DNA from: Mobula hypostoma
Taxonomy: Eukaryota
Assembly: GCF_963921235.1 (NCBI RefSeq)
Contig: NC_086108.1
Span: 28,956,001 to 29,020,000 of the forward strand
Length of the DNA stretch: 64,000 bases
Reading direction: 5' to 3'
The position numbers and the translations under genes were made by a program. Shown piece after piece: positions 24,516-38,602 of this stretch (its first letter is position 1; every line of letters starts with the position of its first letter). The notes under the pieces are model-generated. The model had not been told where the DNA came from, did not search any database, and was given only the letters and a program-made list of their open reading frames with translations.

Positions 24516-27443
24516 CCCTAGATAGACATGGTCTAGTTCTTTTTTGATAAGCCTTCTGCTATTGATAAGAATCCAAAAGACTTTGCCAGAGACTAAGAGC
24601 TGATTCCTTACATGCTCCCAAAGGTTGGGTTATCCATTATAATCCTTATGGTGAGAGGTTGGGTTGGACTGATCCTCCAGAGTGCGGATGAGAGGCAGGT
24701 CCTCTGGAATAGGGTTAGGAAGGGAAATGATGCAGCCAGTTAGGATAACCTGTAGAAATTTGCAAGTGTGTTTAGTGACATACTAAATCTCCTCAAACTC
24801 ATAATGAAATATAACCACAGTCATGCCTTCTTCATAGCTGCATCGAATGAGACGTTTGGTCCAGCACAGATTTTCAGGGATACTGACACCCAGGAACTTG
24901 AAATTGCTCACGCTTTCATTTCTGATCCCTCTGAGGATTGGTGTGTGTTCCCTTGTCCTACCCTTTCTGAACTCCACAATCAGTTCTTTGCTGCAACACC
25001 ACTCAATCAGGTGATATATCTCACTCCTGTACGCCCTCTTGCCACCAGCTGAATAGTTGTATTGTCAGCAAATTTATAGAAGAGGAAACTGTGGTAAGCA
25101 GACAAGACAGAGGTGGGGGGACCAAGCTCAAGAATTATTTCGAAAAACCGGGCCATGTGCAACTATCTCAATGAGATCCTCCTGCACTGCAAATTGCCAA
25201 GGATCTGTGATGCTTGTTGCCATGGCAGCAATGACAAGCCCTGGCGCTTCAAATGGAAAAACACATTTCAGCACATAGGGGAATAAGCAGAAAGGAAGGC
25301 AAAGCTGAAGAGCTGGTATCCGAGCGCAAGCTGACAGACTGATTGCTGAATGGGAAAACAGGAAGAAAATAGTAGGGTACAACCACAGTGTCAGTCACTT
25401 TCCAGGCATGAATCGAGAATTCCTGGCTTGTCTAGTAAGAAAATAAAATCAGATGCTTTCATTCATTTATAAATTATGCATAATGTTAGCAATTTTGACT
25501 ACTACAAGCTTGCAGGAATTGAACAGTTAAGGTGTTCTTCAGAACATAATTAAAGATCAAAATGAAAAAGGCTGCATGCAAGTTCTAAAACATTAGCCCA
25601 GAATGAAGCATTCTAAAGCCTCAACTATAAAAGTGAAGATCGTAGGCAGCAAGCTGGATCACGAGTCAACAAGTCACTGCGGGTTTTGAACAGCAGAAAA
25701 GCCAACATTATGGCTATTAAAAAGGTTAGACGAATAGAGAGCTCTTGAGCAGATAAGGGAACCAGCAACAAGAGCCAACAGAAAAGCCAGGTGTGTGGCC
25801 ATCTCTCTCCATCACACATCAAGGACTCCAGGTTTGATCTGTAAACAAATTAACATTTGCCAAACAATTCTGTATCTATTAGGCCTGTAGGATTTTTCCC
25901 CCTATATGCATAACTGAAAACAACTGATTTTAACCTCAAAAATTCTAAAGATCCCCACACTCAGGAAAACAAAATATACTTTAACTACCCTTCGTAATTT
26001 CTCCAAGTCTCCAAAGAGATTTTAAGCAGAAACCATAAATCAACCCACAAACACACTGGTATGATGTATAAACGTTAAATTAATGAAGGAGATAGAATGC
26101 TGCAGCACAAGCAACAACGTGGATATTGTTAAATTGTCATAAAAACACAACTATGTATTAATAGGGGACCATTGTAAATACAACTGGGTGGGGGGAGACC
26201 GAGATTGGCAACAGCATGTTTTCTGTAACTCAGTAGTTTTCCCAGATCAGAACGTTTCCTGTCGGCCAACAATTGCAGATGAGCAGTGCAGTCCGTTGTG
26301 CGAGTTACATTATTAGCAGCTGCCGAATAATCAGCAAAACAGTTTCAAACATCACAAAAAAAAACTTGCCGGCGCATCTGATGCGTTGGTTATATTTACC
26401 CACACAATACATGGGAAAGATGATGTCATATATCTGGCCAGAACTTGCAATGAGCAAGGCACACATACCCAGTCACCAACTGAATTTGTTAGACCACCCC
26501 CCCCCCACACAACACTCCCTCAGGCGTATAGTAATTCTCATAAAGACCTACCTATACACATAAAGACCACATTCAACTGTAACTCACTCATCAATTTTTA
26601 CAGTAGTTCGTGTTTCACCGAATGAAGATAGGGTTTCCCAACATCCTGGCATAAAATTGAGTAGAAATATGAAAAGAGGGTAGTGGAAATAATACGTTTT
26701 ACGAATATTTACACGTGCATTTACCAATTTGTCCCCCCCCCCCGCCATCTCTGTAGATGTTAATTCGAGTTGGGTGTACCTCTCTTTCCATAGCTTTTTA
26801 GTCCGAGCCCCTGTAGTTTTCTGATTGTACATTCATTTTGCCAAGATTCTCACCAACTACAAGGCAATCAACTCCAAGAGGCCTGCGAAGGACTGACCCA
26901 CAGGAAACCATTCTATATATTTTTAAAAATCATATTCTCCCACATAAACACAGCTTGAAAACGTTCTGACCTGTGCATTAACACAGTTAAAATCAAAGAT
27001 TTATCTCTCAGCACACTTCCGAAGCTGTGCTAATGCTGCGTGCAAATAAGTCATTAACCAGGAATTTTTTTTCCCCTTTTGGAGCAAATAAACCATTTTC
27101 TCCTTTTTTCTTGCTGCAGCAGGAAACAGTTTTATTAAACAAAAAAAAATCACTGCAATTTAAAATAAATCATTTTGCGTGTTATTCAAGAAGATCTTTC
27201 GTCCGTGTTTAGAAGACGAATCCAAATTAGACCGAGGAAAGATTGGAGAATTCACAAAACCAGCGATAAAGTGTTGCAAATTAATTGTTGCGAATGCAAC
27301 CAGACATTGAGAAGGAAATCTCAGCGCGAACGCCTTAACTCACCCAGCCCCTCGGCTGCAAAACGCACACGAGCCACCAGGACAAAGGAGTTTAATATTA
27401 AACACACACACACTCACACTCACCAAATAGAACGAACACTCAC

Positions 27444-27720
27444 CGTTCACTGCTTTTATTCTTTTTGCAAGAGGGATCTGGGCAGAACTGCGGCAGTGTG
27501 GCAGAGAGGAGGAGGAGGAGGAGGAGGGGACAGGAAGAGGAAGAGGACGAGGCAGCTGAGAGCTGATGACTGGGTGCGGGTACAGGTCTGGGTGCCGGCC
27601 GTGAGCCGTCCCGGGCTGTGTCTCGTTCGCTTTGAGCCTGACTCACGGCAGCAGCGCCCGGCGGGCGGCAGACCAGCGCCAAAGCCGAGCAGTCGACAGC
27701 ACAACCACCAATCACAGCGA
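27444..27720 (-). promoter_or_regulatory. CpG-rich promoter and probable non-coding first exon of an unidentified minus-strand gene
   Basis: The only non-repeat CpG-dense island in the window. It has CCAAT (27707-27711), a GC box gcgggcgg (about 27661), an AP-1-like tgactca (about 27639), a pyrimidine-rich (TCC)n leader, and a donor GAACG|GTGAGT at 27444/27443. Confidence 0.7.
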
Positions 27721-30700
27721 GGGCAATGCCGTGCAACCATGGAGACAAAGCTAGAACTTACCGGAGCCCGCAACCAAATTAACATTTGCTCGGCTTAAAA
27801 AAAAATTAGAGGGGATAATATTCCAACAACCAGCATCACTTCAATTCCACCCCCATATCTTCCTTTCAGACAACAAGCAGGGCATGTTACATAATTTTTT
27901 GATACTGCTGGCTGCCAACAATGCAAATTTTTTAAAAAGCTGAAGGCTCCGTTTAGTGGAACAACGGCAGCCAAGATGAAACTCCTGGACTAATTGCAGT
28001 ACTGTTTCCTCAAGATTCCCTTAATTGTGATTCTTTAGTGTGGCATTTATTTGATTGAAGAAAAAAAATGGTTTGACATTATAATTTCCATTTTGGTTGC
28101 AGTTATTTGTTCGTATGTACTATGGCATATACTGTACCCAATTGGTTTGTAGAATTCTTACACCACCATTGGTTTGCGTTAGTTGCCTCAGCTTACCAAA
28201 CTAGCAGATATCAAAGAGGCCTTGGACTTTGGAAACATGCTTAATACTCAAAACTTGAATCGGATGTGTTAGATTCTTCAGGAGAGCAATACAGCAGAGG
28301 CCACTGCCTCTAATGTGCTGAACTTGCATTCAAAGCACAGCATTAGATAACACAATTTTGTCTAGAGATGGACATTCCTAAAGATATTGTGGTTTCTTGA
28401 ACCCTCTGTAAATCCCCAATTTACTTCCCCCATTCATGGTTTGGTTGCCCCCTATGTTGTCTCAAAATTAAAATCTGGCATTAAAAACAGGAAATGCTTG
28501 GCAGGTCAAATGGAACCTGTGGAATGAGAAACAGAGTTAACTTTATAAATGTAAATGTAATTAAACCCAGTCCAGATGAATAGTCTCGACCTGAAATGTC
28601 TACTTTCCTTTTCCCTCCCCAGAGGCTGCCTGGCCCACTCTGGTACCTTGTTATGTTGCTTAATATTTCAAATCCAATATCAAAGAACCTCAGATCTGAA
28701 ACATTGACTCTCTTTCTCTCTCTAGAGAAAAGGCCTGACCTGCTGTGTGTTTCTAGTATTTCCTAACAATTTTTCCACGTTACCAGCATCCGCAATTTTT
28801 TTTGACTTTCACTGAAATCTGCCATCCCTTCTTTAACCTTTAACCTCTTTGCTAGCTTCAAGATGCTCCTTAAAACTTATCAGTTTGCCTATGCTTCTGA
28901 TACAATTATCTCCTAACATGCCTCCGTGATGGAGTGGAATTGAGAACATTGAAGCAGAGAGCATTGAAGTATTTTGTTTTGTTAAAGGTATCATATTAAG
29001 GCAAGGTGTAAAAATGTTAGAATTCAGAAACAGACTACACACACCAGCATGTCCAGGGATCATTTTTCCTGTGGATATTTCCCGACAAAATTAGCACCAA
29101 CATGCAAATATATGATTTAGGAGCAGAAGTCAAGCCCTTACTTCCTTGAAACTGCTCCACCATTTAATGAAGTTGTGGTAGATCTAATTGCAACCTCATA
29201 CCTACATTCCTGTTACCCTGCTAACATTTGACACCTTTCTGTTCACATCAAAATTAAAATTAAAAAGTCTTACAATCCTGTGAGGGTAAAAGAAAATTCC
29301 TGTTTTATCTTTGAGTAGTAATCCCTAGATCTAGGTTCAAATGGAAGAAATAATACATATTATTCATTGAATTAGAATACAGTAAAACTGTTAATCCTGA
29401 ACACGGAGAGCTTTGATGGGCCAAGATAGCGATTTTTATAAATTATTTTTGATGGTTCAACTAATATTTAATTCACTTTTTCTTTAGGTATACACAGTAG
29501 AAAAGTATTCTTCTGGTGAATTTAAAGGGAGTGTGAAAAACAAGGCCCTAGCAATTTTTAAAAGCAGCACAACCAACAGGACAAGTTAACATGAAAGGGA
29601 GGTTGAGAACTCTGGGCTCCAATGTGTGGAAATAACAGCGGGAACATGGCTCCAGAGAGTGGTCAGGGAGCATGGCAAATATCACCTGGTGAGCCAGATG
29701 CAAACAGTTTCTAAATAGTTGGATAGTGAATTGTAAGAGTTTTGCTGTATTATGAAGACAAGCAAGAAAATGGGAAGAATTAAAAGGAAAAGGTTTTGAC
29801 CAGTTTTTCTTTTAACATTCTGATGGTCCAATGATGTAACAGCTCAGTATTGCCATCATTAGCCACCCTTCAGTACTGCAGATTTTCTGTAAATGTTAAG
29901 CCAATGTAAATCTCATTTGTCATCGGATTTTAATTATGAAACAATTCTGGAAATTAAAGACCTTGCTATACTTCCATCTGCTTTCCAAAACAAGCCTTGA
30001 ACCTAGTTGCGGTTTTCTGCACAGCAGTGACACTATTGGTCAGTATGAGCATTGCTCTTCTTTTCCCTAGTTGGAATTGTTGTTTTTCAAGTGAATTGCC
30101 TTGAAAAAAATCAGCCACAGAAATGCTGAGATTATCCAGGGATTTCCGGTTTTGTAATTCCCTTCTGAAATTACAAAGTTTAAATTTGATGGCTTAATTT
30201 CTGAGTCATTTTCATGGATGTTGGAAACATAAATTATCTTCTTCTTGGACAGTCCTTCAGAAATGAGGATGGCCTGCATTGCTGAGGGTTCTGAGATGGC
30301 AGCTCAGGCCAATTAAGGGATCCACAGACTGTCTCAGGTAGGCAGGAAGTGGGCAACACGTGGTTACTGTGGGAGATGATGTGATCTTTCTGCTGTTAAC
30401 TCTGATGAAGAGTCTCAGCCCAAAACGTCAATTCTTATTCCCTTCCATAGGTGCTACCTGACCGGCTGAGTTCATCCAGCATTTTGTATGCATTATGCTG
30501 TTTACTCTGTGCTTCTTGGTGCTCCTGTAACAAAGGCACCAGGTTCTCAATGAGAACCTGAAAATTCCTCTTCTCCTGCGCAGTTATGGGTCAGGGATTC
30601 TCAGTGATTCAGTAGAGATGCTTCACTTTTTCAACCAGGCTTGGAAAACATCTTTAAATCTTTTCATCTGTTTGCCCTGTAATCTCATTTCATGACAGAG

Positions 30701-33700
30701 TTTGGAACAGATTATTTGTTTTGAAAATATATTGGGTGTGGGAGAAGACTTTCTTAATGGAGATGATGAAGTGTATTTAGGGCCTTAATGATGGGAACAT
30801 TGGCCTGGCAGAGCACACTTTGGTTTGTTTATCCTGCCAGTGGGTTTGGAGAATACTCAAAACAGAAGCTACCCAACTAGTCTAAGATTGTGCTCATCCT
30901 CTCTCCAAATTTGATCTACCTCATCTGAGGTTATTCCTCTCATGCAGTCATCATCTCCTTATGAAAACAACTAGGTTGTTTGCCTCAACTACATCTTGCG
31001 GTTGCAAGTTCCTCCAACCATTCTCTGAGAAATGTCTTCTTGTTTCTCTTTTTGAGTTAATCTCGGCTCAGTTATACTCTATCACTGGGCCTGAGTTTTA
31101 GCTTCTCCCAAGAGTGAAAAAGTTCTCCTATACCCCATATCTATATCCCACATCATTTGGTATCACCTGCAAATTTTATATCCAGATAGTTCATTTTGAT
31201 TTCAAATCATCAGTGTAAATTATGAATGAGTATGGTCCCAGTATTCATCCTTGTGGATCCCAGTATTCCACCTTTTAGGGAAGTCAGTGAAATATTTCTC
31301 CCCAGGTGATAGATTAACTTAACTCCTGGGTTGCTTCCTATGTGAGACGACAAGAAATATTTATTCACGCAACAACGCCAACGATCATATGAATGGCTGT
31401 CCATTTATGGCATTATTGACATGTAGTGCTTATCTTCAGTTGCCATGGTTTGATGCAATGCACAGACCTCTGTGCTGCCTAAATAAAAAAGGATAGAGAC
31501 TGAGAATGCTCTTCTTTTTCAGTGGCATTCTTTGATCCCAATTCTGTTTGATCCTGATTCCCTACGATCGCTATATGACAGTATGATGGTCCTTTTTCTT
31601 GCAAAGAAAAGCATTTCAGGATTGTATATTGTATAGATTTCTCTGACATTAAATGCACCTTTGAAACCTTTGTATCGGAATAGGAAATGCTGGAAAAATC
31701 CCACCTGGTAAGACAACATTACCATTACTGAAAAATGTTTTGCTAAGTGAAATTTTGAAAATCTGAATATTTAGATGAAATATATTCAGCATGTCTTCAG
31801 CATGTACTCCTTTAATTGGAGAGTGGCACCCTATTTGCACGGCTGACAAATATCTCAGTAACTGAGAAAAAATTCTCTTGAGAATCTGCAGATTGGAAAT
31901 CGAGAAATACTCAACACTGTTTTGTTGATGAAAACAATAATAAAAAGGAGTTAAGAGGTTCCATAATGTAACTAGTTGTGTACATTGATTCGTCCACTGC
32001 TTGTTAAAAGCTCCATAACTACTTTAAAATCTCCTCTTTACATTATAAGCTCCCTTAGTTAAGTTTACACAATTGGAAAATCTGCTGAATGTGTTGACTA
32101 TGTAGTCAAGGGACACGTCCACCGTTAACTCCTATGAATCACCCACCTTTCTATACACCTGTGCCAAGTTAACTGGCACGATTCGTCTGTCAAGTGAAAG
32201 GTAAGTAAAGATTTATTTTTATTTAACTAAACATTGTCAATAGTGGAAGAAGCAGTGCACAGATATCAACTGATCTCAGGACAATGGGACATCTGCCCCA
32301 TTGAGGTGCCTGTAGTGAAGAAGGGAATAATTGATGGAAATAACTCTTCAGTTGCTTCAACAACATTCAAAATGCATAACAGCAGCCAAGACAAAACAGC
32401 CCTTTTAATCATTGCTCCATCACACAAATTCACCCCCTCCATGACCCTTATACTATGGCTGCAGTCTATAGCATCTACAAGATGCACTGCAGAATCTTAC
32501 CAAGATTTTTTTCAGAAGTATCTCACAAATCCACAACATCTACCACAAGAAGGGTTACGGTTGATGACACATAGCGCAGTGGAATTCCAATGCTGTTCAG
32601 GTAGCATACAATCCCAACATGGAAATATGTTGCCTTTCGTTTATCATTGTTTGGTGAAAATCCAAGAACTCCACAACAGGAGTAACCTTACCATACAGAC
32701 AACAGTGGAACAGAATACCTGGTTCAGTACCATATTCTAAAAGTAATCTGTGATGGGCATTGCACGTGACACTAGCATCCTATAATACAAAATACAAATC
32801 CCATTGGGACAAGTTTATACTGACGGTTGTCTTTATCAGAGAATCAAAGAATGCTTGCAGGGCAGAAAAATTGCTATTCAGACCATCATGTTCATGGCAG
32901 CACCAGAGCAGTTCTATCCATCAGCTCTTTCTTTGTAGCTTTGCGACTTTTTCTCCATGTATGACCACAATAGAACCTGCCCCCATCACATCTGCAGGTA
33001 ATATGTTCCAGATTCCAAACATATGTTGTATAAAATAGATTTTCCTCATGTCAACTCTTAATGATCACCTTTTTTACATTCAGGCATTGGGATTTGAGTT
33101 AGAAATATAATGCAAGGACATAATATATGACTAAAACTAAATTATGTTTGTTCATCCTGGTGTAATATCTATTTTAAGAACTCTTCTGGCTTAAGTTATT
33201 AGCTGGACTTGACCCTGCATGCAGTACCATATCAGGTTGAAAAGTACTACTGAAATGACATCATATCTTTCTCATAGTAATCCTCACTATATAATGGTTG
33301 AGTAAATATTAATCCCCAATGCACCATGAATGATGATAGCTACAATTTCAACAGTAACAGAGACTATTTTCTAAGTGCATGCCAGGCCCGTTGTTCCTAC
33401 AGCAAAGTAGGAAAGTGCATTGTTCAAATTTTGATTAAGTGTAAGGTGTAACTCAACATGAAACATCAGATTCAGATTCAGAATCAGATTTAATATTACC
33501 AGAATATGTTGTGAAATTTGTTAACTTTACAGCAGCAGTACAATGAATAACATGGTAAATAAATATAAAAAAAAGCTGAATTACGTTAAGCATATATGTG
33601 TGTGTGTATGTGCGTGTGTTTATATATATATGTGTATGTATGTATAGCTATTAAATAGTTAAAATAAGTAATGCAAAAATAAAGTATTGAGGTAGTGTTC

Positions 33701-33895
33701 ATGGGTTCAATGTCCATTTAGAAACTGAATGGCAGAGGGGAAGAAGACATTCCTAAATCACTGTGTGTGTGCCTTCAGGCTTCTGTACCTCCTTCCTGAC
33801 GGTAACAATGAGAAGAGGGCATGTCCTGGGTGGTTGCAATCCTTAATGATGCAATGCCCTCCTAAGGTACCGTTCCTTGAAGATGTCTTGGATAC

Positions 33896-36800
33896 CCCCA
33901 GGGGTGCCCCAGAGGGGGGGAGGATGAGCACCCCAGTCGGATGGACACAACGACATCAGACCCAGGCATTGAACAAACGACGATGAGGAAGCAGTGTGCA
34001 TGTGGCAAAATCTGCAAGAACGATCGCGGCTTGAAGATCCACCAAGCGAGGATGAAGTGTTTGGCGGGAGCAGGAGCAGCACAATGCACAGGTGTCCAAC
34101 CTGGTGAGACGAAGGAGGGGCCAGGCCCGGAGTCACCCCATAGTGTCCGGAACCTCCAAGTGTTGCAAACTAATCCCTCAAACATGAAGTCTAACAGGAG
34201 GTGGATCAAATAACCTGCAGCTAACACGACTTCACTGTGGAAGCAGTTTGATGAAGATGTTAACCAAATTCTGGAGGCAACGGCAAAGGGAGGGGTTGAT
34301 AGGAAGCTGCAAGCCATGACAACAATTATTGTTAGTATCGCAGCTGAACGGTTCGGAGAAGAGGTGAAGGAAGGCTCCAAAACATCTTACTCGAAGAACC
34401 AAAGAGCATTGAGGATCCACAACATCAGGCAGGAGATGAAAGCGCTGAAGTCCCAATACAAGGAGGCAGGAGAAGAGGAGCGCATTGGCTTGGCCCAGCT
34501 GATGTGCATACTACGAAAGAAGATCAGGGTCCTCCGCCGGGGCAGAGTGGCATCGGAGGCGTCGTTGTGAAAGGGCTCGAAAACGTGCTGCCTTTTTCGC
34601 CAACCCCTTCAAGTTCACCAAGGAGTTGCTGGGGGAGAAGCACAGTGGGAAACTGGCCTGTTCACAGGAAGACATAGACCAACGTCTGAAGAAGATATAT
34701 AATGATCCTGAAAGAGAGCAGGAGTTGGGAGAGTGCGACATCCTAATAGACCCACCTGAACCAGATGTGCAGTTCGACGTGTCAGAGCTGCAACTAAAGG
34801 AAGTCAGAGAGGTCGTCTGCAAAGCAAGGGCAAGCTCGGCTCCCGGACCAAGCAACACCTCGTACAAAGTGTACAAGAACTGCCCCAAACTGCTGCTGTG
34901 TCTGTGGAAGATCCTGAGAATCTTCTGGAGAAGGGGGAAGATCTCAGAACAGTGGAGAGTGGCTGAAGGGGTGTGGATCCCGAAGGAGGAAAATGCCACC
35001 CAGATAGATCAGTTTCGCATCATCTCCCTGCTGTGTGTCGAGGCGAAGATCTTCTTCAGTGCAGTTTCTAACCGGCTGTGCACCTACCTAGCAAAGAACA
35101 CCTATATTGATACATTAGTCCAGAAGGGTGGCATTTCAGGGATGCCGGGCTGTCTGGAGCACATCGGTGTGGTGACACAGCTCATCAGGGAGGCCAGAGA
35201 GAACAAGGGCAACCTGTCAGTGCTGTGCCTCGACCTGGCAAATGCATATGGCTCCATTCCGCACAAGCTGGTGCAGCTCACACTGACCAATTATCACGTC
35301 CCCAGCAGAATCAGAGACCTTATCGCTGATTATTACAGCAACTTCAGGATGAGGGTCTCTTCAGGAACAATTACATCAACCTGGCACAAGGTGGAGGTCG
35401 GCATCATCACAGGGTGCACTATCTCAGTGACACTGTTCTCCCTAGCCATCAACATGCTCACTAAGTCTGCTGAACCAGAGTCCAGAGGGCCCAGAATGAA
35501 TTCCGCTCAACAACAACCACCTATCAGGGTATTCATGGATGACCTCACAGTCACCACAGAATCAGTCCCAGGCTGCCAGAGGATTCTGCAAGGGCTCGAA
35601 AAGCTGGCGGAGTGGGCCCGGATGCGTTTCAAACCTGCCAAATCAAGATCGATGGTGCTGAGGAAAGGGAAGGTGGAGAATAAGTTCTGGTTCAGCATCG
35701 CAGGCACAGCCATCCCAACCATCACAGAAAAGCCAGTCAAGAGCTCAGGTAAAGTTTTTGACAGCTCTTTAAGGGACACAACATCCATTCAGGCAACCTG
35801 CACCAAGTTGGATGGCTGGATGAAATCTGTGGACAAGTCTGGCCTACCTGGGAAGTTTAAAGCCTGGGTGTATCAGCATGGCATTCTTTCCAGAATCCTG
35901 CGGCCCCTCCTCGTCTATGCAGTTCCGATCTTGACAGTCGAAACCTTAGAGAGGAGGGTCAGCAACCACCTCGGGAGATGGCTGGGGCTGCCAAAGAGCC
36001 TGAGCAGCATCGCACTCTATGGACACCACAACAAACTGCAACTGCCCTTCAAATCCTTGGAGGAAGAATTCAAGGTAACAAGAGCCAGAGAAGTGCTACA
36101 ATATAGGGACTCAAGTGACCCGAAGGTGGCTAGAGCAGGGATCCAAGTAAGTACTGGCAGGAAGTGGAGGGCAGAGGAAGCTGTTCAGGAGGCCGAGGCG
36201 AGGCTGCATCACAGGAGGCTGGTGGGAGTGGTCACATGAGGCTGAGCTGGGCTAGGATCCTTTTCAACTCCCCAAATGGACACCAGAGGGAACGAAAGGC
36301 GTCGTCTAGTTCCGGAGGAGGTGAGAGCAGTAGTGGAGGAGATGAGAGCCTGCAAGGCGGTGGGAATGAAGCAACAGGGAGCTTGGACAAGATGGGAGAA
36401 TGCGGTTGAGAGGAAAGTGACCTGGGCTGATCTTTGGAAAGCCGAACCACACCACATCCAATTTCTCATCCAGGTAGTGTACAATGTGCTTCCAAGCCCA
36501 TCAAACCTGCACACATGGAGCAAGGCAGAGTCATCTGCGTGCCCACTGTGCTCCAAGCGAGGAACCCTGGAGCACATCCTCAGTGGCTGTGCAAGGGCAC
36601 TTGGTGAGGGACGGTACAGGTGGAGGCATGATCAGGTCCTGAAGACCATCGCTGAAGCCGTCAGCGTAGGAGTTGAGTGGGCAAAGCGGTCCCGATCCTC
36701 CAAGCAGACCATTGCCTTTGTCAGAGCTGGGGAACAGCCAATACCTGCCAAAAGAACATCTGCAGGCATTCTGACCTCTGCAAGGGACTGGCGGCTGTTG

Positions 36801-37345
36801 GTGGACCTCGAAGGGCAGCTGAAGTTCCCCAACCATATCGCAGCCACCACCCTGTGGCCAGACATTGTCCTAGTGTCTGAGTCTACTAAGCAAGTGGTGC
36901 TGCTGGAGCTGACAGTCCCATGGGAAGATAGCTTGGAAGAGGCCTTTGAAAGGAAGCTCTCCAAGTACGCAGGACTGGTCAGCAACTGTCAGCAGGCTGG
37001 ATGGAGAGCGAGGTGTCTCCCAGTGGAGGCTGGTTGTAGGGGATTTGTAGCCTGTTCTTTAGTTAGAGCATTCAGCATTTTGGGCATCGAGGGAGAGAGG
37101 AAGAGGAGAGCCATCCGCAGTACCACCGATGCGGCAGAGAGGGCCTCAAGATGGCTGCGGCTCACAAGAGGGAAGCCATGGAGTCATAAGTAGCTAGCCA
37201 TCTGGACACAAGCTGGGGTCTGATCAGCCCCAGCTGGGTCACCTGGAGGAGGTTGTATGATGTTGAAAGACCCGAAACACCTGATGATTCCAGGAACATC
37301 ACTGAAGATGTGTCCAGAAGCATCAATAGATGTATGTACACAGCG
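33896..37345 (+). mobile_element. Near full-length HERO-type non-LTR retrotransposon (RT plus restriction-like endonuclease)
   Basis: Direct repeat ggatac at 33890-33895 and 37346-37351 inside the Rex1 host; single long disrupted ORF and a 3' UTR of about 150 nt. Confidence 0.92.
33941..37193 (+). pseudogene. Disrupted HERO polyprotein: N-terminal Zn finger, RT, CCHC knuckle, PD-(D/E)xK nuclease
   Basis: CACGKICKNDRGLKIHQARMKC; QFRIISLL, LDLANAYGSIPH, GIITGCTIS, FMDDL; CPLCSKRGTLEHILSGC, RWRHDQVL, PDIVLV..LELTVPWE. Lesions: TAA 34211-13, +1 frameshift near 34540, TGA 36237-39 and TGA 36243-45. Confidence 0.92.
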
Positions 37346-37568
37346 GGATACTACAGAGGTCAGTGCCCATGATGGAGTTAACAACTAATTTTACAAGTTT
37401 CTCCAACTCTTGTGCAGTAGCAAACCCCCCCCCCCATACTAGATGGTGATGCAGCCTATCAGAATGCTCTCCATAGTACATTTGTAGAAGATTTTGAATG
37501 CCTTAGAGACAAAGCAAATCTACTCAAACTCCGACTGAAAGATAGCCACTGTCTTGCCTTCTTTATAA

Positions 37569-37986
37569 CCCTTACATACTGCTCATATTCTATACCTTCA
37601 CAGTTTGGTCCGGGTCAATTTTGACCCGGCCCAAGAATCTCCTCATAACAAGTGTCTATACCAAATTTTGAACCACAGATCCATTTATAATGTATAAATA
37701 GCCTATCCGACATTAATAAATGGGTGATTAATCCCTAATTAATGTTTCAGAAATCTAAATTCCATTTCAACAGATACAGGTCAAATTTGATTCGGAACAA
37801 CCTCAATATATAAAAAATTGTAGCACCTATACAAAAGTATAAAATTTTTAAATATTTTCATTTTTCACATTTTGGGTCACTTTAGAAAAAGTCATCAAAT
37901 TTTGGTTAAAAAAATGGCATTTAGGGTGTTTGCACTGCTGTCAAATGTCAAAACGGGTCAAATTTGACCCAAACAGTATGTAAGGG
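37569..37986. mobile_element. piggyBac-like MITE
   Basis: TIRs cccttacatactg / cagtatgtaaggg and palindromic subterminal cgggtcaa(a/t)tttgaccc(g) copies. Flanks ataa / tgaa are only imperfect TTAA. Confidence 0.6.
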
Positions 37987-38602
37987 TGAATCAATATGTT
38001 GCGTCCAAGTTAGGTCCTCAGATATTGACACCCAGAAACTTGAAATTGTTCAAGCTCTCTATTTCTGATGCCTCTATAAGGATTGGTTTGCGTTCCCTTG
38101 TCTTACCCTTCCTGAAGTCCACTATCAGCTCTTTCGTCTTACCGACGTTGAGTACAAGGTTGTTGCTACGACACCACTCAACTAAGTTGTATACTTTGCT
38201 CCTGCTTGTATATTGTGCCCTTTTGTCACAGTCTGAAATTCTGCCAGCAATGGTTGTATCATCAGCAAAGGGATAGATGGATGGCATGTGTATAGCGAGA
38301 GTAGAGCAGTGGGTTAAGCACACATCTTTGTGGTGCACCAGTGTTGATTGTCAGCAAGGTGGAGATATTATTTCCAATCCTCACAGATTTTGGTCTTCCA
38401 GTTAGGAAGTCGATGATCTAGTTGCAGAGGGAGGTACAGAAGCCTAGGTTCTAAAAGTTTTCAATCAGGCCTACAGGAATGATGGTGTTAAATACTGAGC
38501 TGTAGTCAGTAAACAACATCCTGATATAGGTATTTGCATTTACATAGGTATTTGTACTTTTTTCCATAGATGCTGCCCGGTTTGCTAAGTTCCTCCAATA
38601 TT

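Larger units (their letters stand above)
33468..38530 (-). mobile_element. Rex1/Babar LINE relic hosting HERO and piggyBac-like insertions
   Basis: Tail (ttctga)n near 33470; ORF 38018..38338 [34 protein letters not shown]. The sequence is collinear once 33896-37351 and 37569-37986 are removed. Confidence 0.85.

Noticed and set aside
25625..25840. Signal-peptide-like short minus-strand ORFs after a tttacag acceptor
   Set aside because: No donor site, early stops and no recognisable homology.
27175..27798. 207-aa plus-strand ORF and overlapping minus-strand ORFs
   Set aside because: Low-complexity translation of a GC-rich promoter with CA and GGA repeats; no domain and a non-ATG start.
32234..32740. 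168-aa ORF
   Set aside because: Overlaps a decayed LINE 3' region (catctacaagatgcactgcag..) and starts with a non-ATG codon.
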